From Bacilli bacterium (GTDB lineage Bacteria > Bacillota_I > Bacilli_A > RF39 > UBA660): DNA of 54,592 nucleotides. A program made the translations under genes and the position numbers. Under the pieces are notes generated by a model, which searched no databases, was not told where the DNA came from, and was given only the letters and a program-made list of their open reading frames with translations. Position 1 is the stretch's first letter. Each line of letters opens with the position of its first letter. The stretch covers positions 1-54,592 of the forward strand of contig JBBAEV010000002.1 in NCBI GenBank assembly GCA_041655735.1, given 5' to 3'. Shown one piece after another: positions 34,720 through 42,228 of this stretch.

Positions 34720-34904
34720 ACATTTTTAGCGAGTTAGGGATGGTGTAAGCCTGATAATAAACTTATTGTATAGATCACTCTTGATGTTTATTTCTGAAAT
34801 GAGTAAGAAGTGACGTTAACTGCGTTAAAGTAATAAGTGTATACATATGTATAAACTAAGGTGGTACCGCGATGATTCGTCCTTATATTAAGGATGATTT
34901 TTTA
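34720..34904 (+). promoter_or_regulatory. T-box riboswitch leader (Ile) with terminator
   Basis: T-box sequence AAACTAAGGTGGTACCGCG (34853-34871). Terminator TCGTCCTT-ATATT-AAGGATGA plus a T-run (34777-34904). Candidate AUC specifier at 34774-34776. Extended -10 TGATATAAT at 34708-34716. Confidence 0.85.
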
Positions 34905-34923
34905 TTATAAAGGAGATGATAAT

Positions 34924-37900
34924 ATGAAAAAAATATTTGAGGAATTAAATAAAGAAAAAGTTAGTGTCGTTGAAAAAGTGATATCAGATAAATGGGAACA
35001 GGATGATATGTTAAATAAAACAATTGAAAATAGAAGTGGAAGCAAAAATTTTGTTTTTTATGAAGGACCACCGACGGCCAATGGAATGCCTGGAGTTCAT
35101 CATGTTTTAGCTCGTAATTTAAAAGATGCTATATGCAAGTATAAAACTATGCAAGGTTATCGCGTTGTTAGAAAAGCAGGATGGGATACCCATGGTCTTC
35201 CTGTTGAAATAGAAGTTGAAAAAGAACTTGGTTTGAATGATAAAAATGGTATTGAAGAATATGGTATAGAAAAATTTAATGAAAAATGTAAAGAATCAGT
35301 ATTTAAATATAAAAATGCTTGGGAAAAAATGACAAAGCAAATGGGTTATTTTGTTGATATGAAAGATCCATATGTTACGTATCATAATTCTTATATTGAA
35401 ACTGAATGGTATATATTAAAGAAATTTTTCGATGAAGGGTTAATGTATAAAGGTCATAAAATAGTACCTTATTGCACTAGGTGTGGGACCGGTCTTGCTT
35501 CTCACGAAGTTGCGCAAGGGTATAAGGAAGTAGAAGTAAATGCTGTAACTGTACCTTTTAAATTAAAAGATGAAAATACATATTTATTAGTATGGACAAC
35601 AACGCCTTGGACATTACTAGCGAATACTGCAGCTTGTGTTAATCCTAACGAAAAATATATTAAAGCTAGTAGCAAAGGATATAATTTTATATTAGCTAAG
35701 AAACTTGCAGAAAAAGTATTAGGAGATAAGTATGAAGTTCTTGAGGAATATAATGGTAAAGATTTAGAATTTAAAGAATACGAACAATTATTACCATTTT
35801 TAAAGGTTGATAAGAAAGGTTTCTTTATTACCTGTGCTGATTATGTAACTATGGATGATGGTACCGGTATTGTTCATATTGCTCCAGCTTTTGGCGAAGA
35901 TGATTATAATGTAGGTAAAAAATATAATTTACCATTTTTAAATCCAGTAGGAGAAAATGGTAAATATATCGAAGGTCCTTGGCAAGGAATGCCAGTTTTT
36001 GAAACTGATATTGAAATAATAAAATATTTAAAGAAAAATGACAAACTATTTAAAAAGGAAAAATTATCTCATAACTACCCACATTGCTGGAGATGTTCAA
36101 CACCACTCCTTTATTATGCTAAACCTAGTTGGTATATAAAGATGACAGAACTTAGAGATAAATTAGTTAAAAATAATAATGAAATTAATTGGTATCCAGC
36201 TTTTGTTGGGGAAAAAAGGTTTGGTAACTGGCTTGAAAACGTTAATGATTGGGCTCTGTCTAGAAATAGATACTGGGGGACCCCTCTTAACATTTGGAAA
36301 TGTGAATGTGGTCATTTAGAAAGTATTGGGTCAATTAAAGAATTAGTTAAAAAAGCAGTTGAAGATATTGATGAAACAATTGAACTACATCGCCCATATG
36401 TAGATAACATCCATATTAAATGCCCAAAATGTGGTAAATTAATAAGTAGGGTAAAAGAAGTAATTGATTGTTGGTTTGATTCAGGAAGTATGCCATTTGC
36501 ACAGTATCATTATCCATTTGAAAATAAAGAACTATTTGAAAATCAATTTCCTGCAGATTTTATATCAGAAGCAATTGACCAAACCAGAGGTTGGTTTTAC
36601 TCATTACTTGCCATTTCAACATTTGTAATGAATACAAGTTCATATAAAAATGTCTTAGTAACTGATTTATTAGTAGATAAAAATGGCCAAAAAATGAGTA
36701 AGTCAAAAGGAAACGCTATAGATCCTTTTGAAATGTTTGAAGAATATGGAGCAGACACCTTAAGATGGTACTTGCTTTATGTATCACCAGTATGGACCCC
36801 AATGAAGTTTGATATTGAGGGGTTAAAAGAAGTTCGTTCTAAGTTCTTTAATACTTTAAGAAACACTTACACTTTTTTTGCACTATATGCTAATACTGAT
36901 GAAATAGAAATAGAAACATGTAATATTAAATATAATGATTTAGAATTAACTGATAAATGGTTAATTAGTAAATATAATAAGTTAGTAAAAAACGTCACAG
37001 AATCTTATGATAGTTATGACTTATATAAAGTGGTAAAAGCAATAACTGAATTTGTGTCTGAAGATTTATCAAATTGGTATATTAGAATTAATCGCAAAAG
37101 ATTTTGGTCATCTAATTTTGATAATTCTAAAAAAGGTGTATATAAAACAACATATGAAGTATTAGTAGGAATAGCACAGTTAATCGCACCAATTTGTCCT
37201 TTCATTAGTGAAGAAATATATATAAAACTTACAAAAAAATACTCTGTTCATACTTCAGATTTTCCAAAACCTAATAATGAATTAATTAATGAAGAAGTAG
37301 AATTAAAAATGGATCTAGTAAGAGATCTAGTTAGTATAGGTAGATTTGTTAGAGAAGATGCTAAAACCAAAATAAGACAACCGCTAAGTGAAATTTTACT
37401 AGATAATAAAAACAAAGATATAATAGGTGATTTAACCAACCTTATACTAAGTGAATTAAATATTAAAAAAGTCCATTATGTAAAAGATTTAACAACTTAT
37501 ATGAATTTATCTGTAAGACCAAATTTTAAGAATGTTGGAAAGTTATTTGGCAGTAGTATTAAAGAATTTCAAAATAAACTAAGTAATTTAGCTACTACGG
37601 ATGTTAATAAACTTCAAAAGAATGAATCTATCAAGATGGTTATTAATAACCAAGAATATAATATCGATGAAACAATGGTAGAAATTCGTATTACTAGTAA
37701 AGAAGGGTTTAATGTTGGTACTGATAATAAAAATTTTGTTATTCTTGATACCACTTTAAATGCTGATTTAATTCAAGAAGGAATTGCTAGAGAATTTATA
37801 TCAAAAGTTCAACAATTACGTAAGAATAAAGACTTTAATGTTATTGATAGAATAATTGTTTATTATAGTAGTAACAATAATGTTAAACAAGCTATTGAAA

Positions 37901-38019
37901 AGCATCTTACCTATATTAAGAAAGAAACATTAGCGGAAAATATAATAGAAAAAGATGGTCTTAATGAGTCGTATGATTTAAATGGTAATGTTACAAAAAT
38001 AGATGTTGAAAAATTATAA
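34924..38019 (+). CDS. ileS: isoleucine--tRNA ligase, long type-2-like form
   Basis: PPTANGMPGVHHV (HIGH region) and KMSKSKGN. About 1031 aa from the ATG at 34924, which follows AAGGAG. The track start at 34894 lies inside the terminator T-run. Confidence 0.95.
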   Translation: MKKIFEELNKEKVSVVEKVISDKWEQDDMLNKTIENRSGSKNFVFYEGPPTANGMPGVHHVLARNLKDAICKYKTMQGYRVVRKAGWDTHGLPVEIEVEKELGLNDKNGIEEYGIEKFNEKCKESVFKYKNAWEKMTKQMGYFVDMKDPYVTYHNSYIETEWYILKKFFDEGLMYKGHKIVPYCTRCGTGLASHEVAQGYKEVEVNAVTVPFKLKDENTYLLVWTTTPWTLLANTAACVNPNEKYIKASSKGYNFILAKKLAEKVLGDKYEVLEEYNGKDLEFKEYEQLLPFLKVDKKGFFITCADYVTMDDGTGIVHIAPAFGEDDYNVGKKYNLPFLNPVGENGKYIEGPWQGMPVFETDIEIIKYLKKNDKLFKKEKLSHNYPHCWRCSTPLLYYAKPSWYIKMTELRDKLVKNNNEINWYPAFVGEKRFGNWLENVNDWALSRNRYWGTPLNIWKCECGHLESIGSIKELVKKAVEDIDETIELHRPYVDNIHIKCPKCGKLISRVKEVIDCWFDSGSMPFAQYHYPFENKELFENQFPADFISEAIDQTRGWFYSLLAISTFVMNTSSYKNVLVTDLLVDKNGQKMSKSKGNAIDPFEMFEEYGADTLRWYLLYVSPVWTPMKFDIEGLKEVRSKFFNTLRNTYTFFALYANTDEIEIETCNIKYNDLELTDKWLISKYNKLVKNVTESYDSYDLYKVVKAITEFVSEDLSNWYIRINRKRFWSSNFDNSKKGVYKTTYEVLVGIAQLIAPICPFISEEIYIKLTKKYSVHTSDFPKPNNELINEEVELKMDLVRDLVSIGRFVREDAKTKIRQPLSEILLDNKNKDIIGDLTNLILSELNIKKVHYVKDLTTYMNLSVRPNFKNVGKLFGSSIKEFQNKLSNLATTDVNKLQKNESIKMVINNQEYNIDETMVEIRITSKEGFNVGTDNKNFVILDTTLNADLIQEGIAREFISKVQQLRKNKDFNVIDRIIVYYSSNNNVKQAIEKHLTYIKKETLAENIIEKDGLNESYDLNGNVTKIDVEKL

Positions 38020-38041
38020 AGAGCAAACCAATTTGCTCTTT
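38018..38041 (+). terminator. hairpin after ileS
   Basis: AAAGAGCAAA-CCAA-TTTGCTCTTT, with a weak T-run. Confidence 0.6.
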
Positions 38042-38094
38042 ATATTTTTATTTATATTACATTTTGTTATAATAATACTAGGATAGGAGTTAAT

Positions 38095-38496
38095 ATGACT
38101 AATAATAAGAATTATAAAAAAATAGAGTTTTTTAAAATAAACAGTAAATTAGTAGAAATATTTATAGTTTTTTTAATTGTCATATTAATTTGTTTTATTA
38201 TATATCCTTTTATTATCAAAATGATTAATAATGCTAGAAAAGATGTATATAGAATTAATGAACAATTAATGGTAGTAGCTACTAAAAATTATATAATAAA
38301 TAAAAATATAGTTATTGAAATAAATGAAAAAGAGGAAATAACACTAGATGAATTAGTAAATAATGAGTTAATGGATAAAATATATTCATATAATAATAAA
38401 CCATGTACTGGTTATGTAGAAGTGCTAAGGGAATCAAAACTTGAATATATATATAACCCTTACTTAAAATGTGATAAATATGAAACAAAGAAATAA
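38095..38496 (+). CDS. pilin-like small protein (N-terminal hydrophobic helix, two C-terminal Cys), lacks canonical prepilin G/F cleavage motif
   Basis: KLVEIFIVFLIVILICFIIYPFIIKMINNARKD, followed by CTGYVEV ... YLKC. TGTTATAAT lies at 38065-38073. Confidence 0.45.
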   Translation: MTNNKNYKKIEFFKINSKLVEIFIVFLIVILICFIIYPFIIKMINNARKDVYRINEQLMVVATKNYIINKNIVIEINEKEEITLDELVNNELMDKIYSYNNKPCTGYVEVLRESKLEYIYNPYLKCDKYETKK

Positions 38497-38518
38497 TCTT
38501 TCATAATGAAAGATTATT
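38492..38518. terminator. bidirectional terminator (pilin-like gene / sigK)
   Basis: AATAATCTTTCA-TAA-TGAAAGATTATT, a 12-bp perfect stem flanked by A- and T-runs. Confidence 0.75.
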
Positions 38519-39199
38519 TTTTATAAATTTTCTAAGTATTTTTGTTAGTGCTCTTTTTTCTATTCTTGATACATAGCTTCTAGATATTCCAAGTTCTTCT
38601 GCTATTTCTTTTTGTGTTTTTTCTGCAGTATTGTTTAATCCATACCTTTTAGTAATAATTTGTTTTTCTCTTTCTGATAATATTCCAATATATTTTTGAA
38701 GTAACTTTATATTATTATCAGTATCTATTTGTTTAATATAATCTGGATTTGGTGTTTTTAAAATATCTAAAAAAGTTATTTCATTACCTTCTTTATCATA
38801 TCCAATTGATTCATTTAAACTAACATTACGATTATTTTTTTTATTGCTTCTAAAATGCATTAATATTTCATTTTCAATACATCTTGCACAATAAGTAGTT
38901 ATTCTTGTTCCTTTTTTATTAGAAAAAGAATCAACACCTTTTATTAATCCTATTGTACCTATACTAATTAAATCATCTGTCTCATTGTGATTGCTAACAT
39001 ATTTTTTTACTATATGCGCAACTAATCTTAAATTATGTTCAATTAATTTATTTCTTGCATTTTTATCCCCAACCAATGCTTTTTTAATATACTCTTCTTC
39101 TATTTTGCGGTCTAATGGCTCAGGGAATAAACTATTACTATAAGAACCAGAAAAGAAGAAAAATTCCTTTATTATTTGTAAAAGAATTGATAAAAACAT
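38501..39199 (-). CDS. sigK: sporulation sigma factor SigK (pro-sigma-K), uninterrupted
   Basis: Pro-sequence-like N-terminus ending in FPEPL. Motifs IEHNLRLVAHIVKKY, ISIGTIGLIKGVDSF, ARCIENEILMHFR and GISRSYVSRIEKRAL. Confidence 0.85.
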   Translation of the reverse strand: MFLSILLQIIKEFFFFSGSYSNSLFPEPLDRKIEEEYIKKALVGDKNARNKLIEHNLRLVAHIVKKYVSNHNETDDLISIGTIGLIKGVDSFSNKKGTRITTYCARCIENEILMHFRSNKKNNRNVSLNESIGYDKEGNEITFLDILKTPNPDYIKQIDTDNNIKLLQKYIGILSEREKQIITKRYGLNNTAEKTQKEIAEELGISRSYVSRIEKRALTKILRKFIKNNLSL

Positions 39200-39261
39200 A
39201 ACATCACCTAATAAAGTATATTAAAAGTAAAAATATTTTATATATTGTCCAAATGGCTAAT

Positions 39262-39290
39262 TTGACACACAATATTATTTGATTTATAAA
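39262..39290 (+). promoter_or_regulatory. orphan promoter TTGACA-17-TATAAA
   Basis: TTGACA at 39262-39267, a 17-nt spacer, and TATAAA at 39285-39290. Confidence 0.45.
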
Positions 39291-39322
39291 AAATATTATT
39301 GAAAAAAGAAAGCTGGTAAATA

Positions 39323-39382
39323 ATGGTAAGAGAAAATAAGGTAGAAGCAATAAAAAAATATATATACGCTCAAAAAAAATAA
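39323..39382 (+). CDS. possible 19-aa micropeptide, or part of a small RNA
   Basis: MVRENKVEAIKKYIYAQKK with a weak SD. It lies between the orphan promoter and a strong terminator. Confidence 0.2.
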   Translation: MVRENKVEAIKKYIYAQKK

Positions 39383-39416
39383 TAGAATGATTCTCTATTA
39401 TTTTTTTGTTTTTTTT
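39378..39416 (+). terminator. intrinsic terminator of the orphan unit
   Basis: AATAATAGA-ATGATTC-TCTATTATT, followed by TTTTTGTTTTTTTT. Confidence 0.7.
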
Positions 39417-39473
39417 AAAAATATGTAATCTATATGTTATAATAAAAGAAATAGATATTATAGAGGTGTTTGT

Positions 39474-40031
39474 ATGAATAGTATAAAAGACTATATTATT
39501 AATAATACTATCATCTTAGATGTAAATCAAAAAGAATTCATAAAATTATTGCCCAAATTAAAAAGATTATCAAGAAAAGGTATTATTATAAAAATAAAAA
39601 ATAGTAAATCAAAAGAAATATCACACATATTAAATGCATTTAATATAAAAGATATAAGGAAAAAATATGAATATATATATGATACCGTATGTGATTGTTT
39701 AGATAATCTTTTTATGAATAATAAGTACTGTGATTTTTGTAATGATAAATGTAATGCAAATAGAGAAGGATGTACAAGACATTCTAATAATGGATGTTGT
39801 TATATAAGAGGAAAATTGTGTAAACATTTAAAAAACCATAGTTGTACAATTAAGTGTATATCATGTAAACTATTTGTATGTAGATATTTAAAAAGGAATG
39901 CTATAAAGATAAAAGTAAATGATATAAAATTATTAAAATATTTTTTTAATAGAAAACAAAAAGAAATAATAGAGTATAGTTTTTATACTCCTAAAGATAA
40001 AATAATTGATAGATTAATTAAGAAGAGGTGA
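39474..40031 (+). CDS. cysteine-rich protein (13 Cys between residues 73 and 136), putative metal/Fe-S binding
   Basis: CDC...CDFCNDKC...C...CC...C...C...CISC...C. Loosely reminiscent of the YkgJ-type cysteine cluster. Lies 4 nt upstream of yqeG. TGTTATAAT at 39435-39443. Confidence 0.5.
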   Translation: MNSIKDYIINNTIILDVNQKEFIKLLPKLKRLSRKGIIIKIKNSKSKEISHILNAFNIKDIRKKYEYIYDTVCDCLDNLFMNNKYCDFCNDKCNANREGCTRHSNNGCCYIRGKLCKHLKNHSCTIKCISCKLFVCRYLKRNAIKIKVNDIKLLKYFFNRKQKEIIEYSFYTPKDKIIDRLIKKR

Positions 40032-40035
40032 TATA

Positions 40036-40557
40036 ATGGAAAACTACATACCTGATATATATAAAAAATCAATATATGATGTAGATTATAAGAAATTAAA
40101 AAAGATAGGCATTAAGTGTTTATTAATAGATTTAGATAATACAATAATAGCTAAAAAAAATGATTTACCTACTCAAAAAGATATTGATTTATTTAATAAG
40201 ATAAAAGAATTAGGATTTAAAGTGATTATATTTTCTAATGGTTTTAAAAGAAGAATTAAAAAGAGTAGTGACATATTAAAAGTAGAATTTATTTCTTTTG
40301 CCCAAAAACCAGCATCCAAAAATTATTTAAAAGTGATGGATAAATATAGTTATAAAGAAACTGAAGTAGCTATTATCGGCGATCAACTGAAAACAGATAT
40401 TTTAGGAGGAAACAAAGTAGGTATAACTACAATATTAGTAAAACCTATTAGTAAAAAAGATATGTTTTTAACTTTATTTAACCGTTTCCTGGAAAACAGA
40501 ATATTTAAAAAATTAAGTAAAAAAGATCTTCTCAGAAAAGGACGCTATTATGAGTAA
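40036..40557 (+). CDS. yqeG: YqeG family HAD-IIIA phosphatase
   Basis: HAD motif I LIDLDNT and distal IGDQLKTDILGGN. Positioned before yqeH. Confidence 0.85.
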   Translation: MENYIPDIYKKSIYDVDYKKLKKIGIKCLLIDLDNTIIAKKNDLPTQKDIDLFNKIKELGFKVIIFSNGFKRRIKKSSDILKVEFISFAQKPASKNYLKVMDKYSYKETEVAIIGDQLKTDILGGNKVGITTILVKPISKKDMFLTLFNRFLENRIFKKLSKKDLLRKGRYYE

Positions 40558-41539
40558 AATGTGTTTGGGTTGTGGTAGTCTTCTTCAATGTGATGATAAA
40601 AATAAATCAGGTTATATAAAGAAAGAATTAATAAATGAAGAAGATGTAATATGTGAAAGGTGTTATAAGTTAAAAAATTATGGTAAATTATCAAGGAAAG
40701 ATGAAGTAGATATTAATAAAATATTTAATAAAATAAATGGTAATGATTTAATTATTTATATAACTGATATATTAAATATTAATGTAATTAATAATTTTTC
40801 TAATCCTATTTTGTTAGTGCTAGGGAAGAAGGATTTACTTCCTAAATCAATAAAAGATAGTAAATTAATTAATTTTATAAAAAGCAATATAATAGAAGGT
40901 AATATTATTGATATTGTTATTTTAAGTAGTATTGAAAATTATAATATGGATCAAATATATAGTATAATAATGAAATATAAAAAGAGTAATAATGTATATA
41001 TAGTAGGCAATGTTAATGCTGGCAAATCTACCTTTATTAATAAATTTATAAAAAATTATTCTCATCAGGATATAAACTTAACTATAAGCGATGTTCCTGG
41101 AACTACCTTAGATTTAATATCTATTCCTATTAATAAAGATTTAACTCTTATTGATACTCCGGGCATTTTATATAATAATATTCAAGGTTTTTTGACTCTT
41201 GATCAGTTAAAAAGAATAATACCAAAAAAGGAAATAAAACCTATTATATATCAAATAGAATCAAATCAAACTTTAATGATAGATGAGTTTGTTAGAATTG
41301 ATTATATTAAAGGGGAAAGAAATAGTTTTACTATATATACTTCTAATGCAATAAATATTAATCGCTCAAAAGTTGATTCTCATAATAAACTAAAAGATAA
41401 TATCAAGCATACCTTTACTATTGAAAATAAAGATATAGTATTAAATGGTTTAGGTTGGATAAAAATAATTAAAAAAGCCACTGTTGATATATATTTAAAA
41501 TATGATATAGATATAATAATTAGAGATCCATTAATTTAA
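40550..41539 (+). CDS. yqeH: ribosome biogenesis GTPase YqeH
   Basis: N-terminal zinc motif CLGCGSLLQ...CERCYKL. Circularly permuted GTPase (LGKKDLL, then GNVNAGKSTFIN, DVPGTT, DTPG). Confidence 0.88.
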   Translation: MSKMCLGCGSLLQCDDKNKSGYIKKELINEEDVICERCYKLKNYGKLSRKDEVDINKIFNKINGNDLIIYITDILNINVINNFSNPILLVLGKKDLLPKSIKDSKLINFIKSNIIEGNIIDIVILSSIENYNMDQIYSIIMKYKKSNNVYIVGNVNAGKSTFINKFIKNYSHQDINLTISDVPGTTLDLISIPINKDLTLIDTPGILYNNIQGFLTLDQLKRIIPKKEIKPIIYQIESNQTLMIDEFVRIDYIKGERNSFTIYTSNAININRSKVDSHNKLKDNIKHTFTIENKDIVLNGLGWIKIIKKATVDIYLKYDIDIIIRDPLI

Positions 41540-41561
41540 AGGAATAAGATAGTAATTCAAG

Positions 41562-41586
41562 AATAACCTCATAGGAGGTTATTTTT
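41562..41586 (+). terminator. terminator-like hairpin whose 3' arm contains the comEA SD
   Basis: AATAACCTC-ATAG-GAGGTTATT followed by TTT. GGAGG at 41574-41578, ATG at 41587. Confidence 0.6.
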
Positions 41587-42228
41587 ATGATTAAACAAAA
41601 AAAGTATGTATTAGTAATTTTTATAACAATTGTAATTCTATTAATAATGATATTTTATAAACCAGAAAAGAAAGAAGTTTTAGCTCAAGATAATATCATT
41701 AAAAATGGTTTAATAGAGGAAAAACCTAAAAAAGAAGATATTACTACCATAAAAGTTGATATAAAGGGGGCAGTTAATAAGCCAGGGGTTTATAAAATGG
41801 ATAGTAATTCAAGAGTAATTGATGTATTAAATAAAGCTGAAGGAATAAGTAAAAATGGGGATACTAGATTTATTAATTTAAGCAAAAAATTAACAGATGA
41901 AATGGTAATCATTATTTATACTAAAGAAGAGACTGAAACAATAAAAGAAGGAAACAAAAAGATAGAATATATTGAAATAGAAAAAGAATGCTTATGTAAT
42001 GAAGCATCTATTGTTGATTGTGAAAATAACAATATCGAAAGGAAAATTTCTATTAACAACGCCTCTTTAGAACAACTACAAACTTTACCAGGGATAGGTT
42101 TATCAAAAGCTGAAGCTATTATTGAATATCGTACTAGCAATAGTTTTAATACATTAGAAGATATAATGAATGTACCAGGTATTGGTGAATCAATTTATGA
42201 TAAAATTAAGAACCATATTACTTTGTGA
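41587..42228 (+). CDS. comEA: competence protein ComEA (TM + SLBB + tandem HhH)
   Basis: INNASLEQLQTLPGIGLSKAEAIIEYR ... VPGIGESIYDKIKNHI. Confidence 0.87.
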   Translation: MIKQKKYVLVIFITIVILLIMIFYKPEKKEVLAQDNIIKNGLIEEKPKKEDITTIKVDIKGAVNKPGVYKMDSNSRVIDVLNKAEGISKNGDTRFINLSKKLTDEMVIIIYTKEETETIKEGNKKIEYIEIEKECLCNEASIVDCENNNIERKISINNASLEQLQTLPGIGLSKAEAIIEYRTSNSFNTLEDIMNVPGIGESIYDKIKNHITL

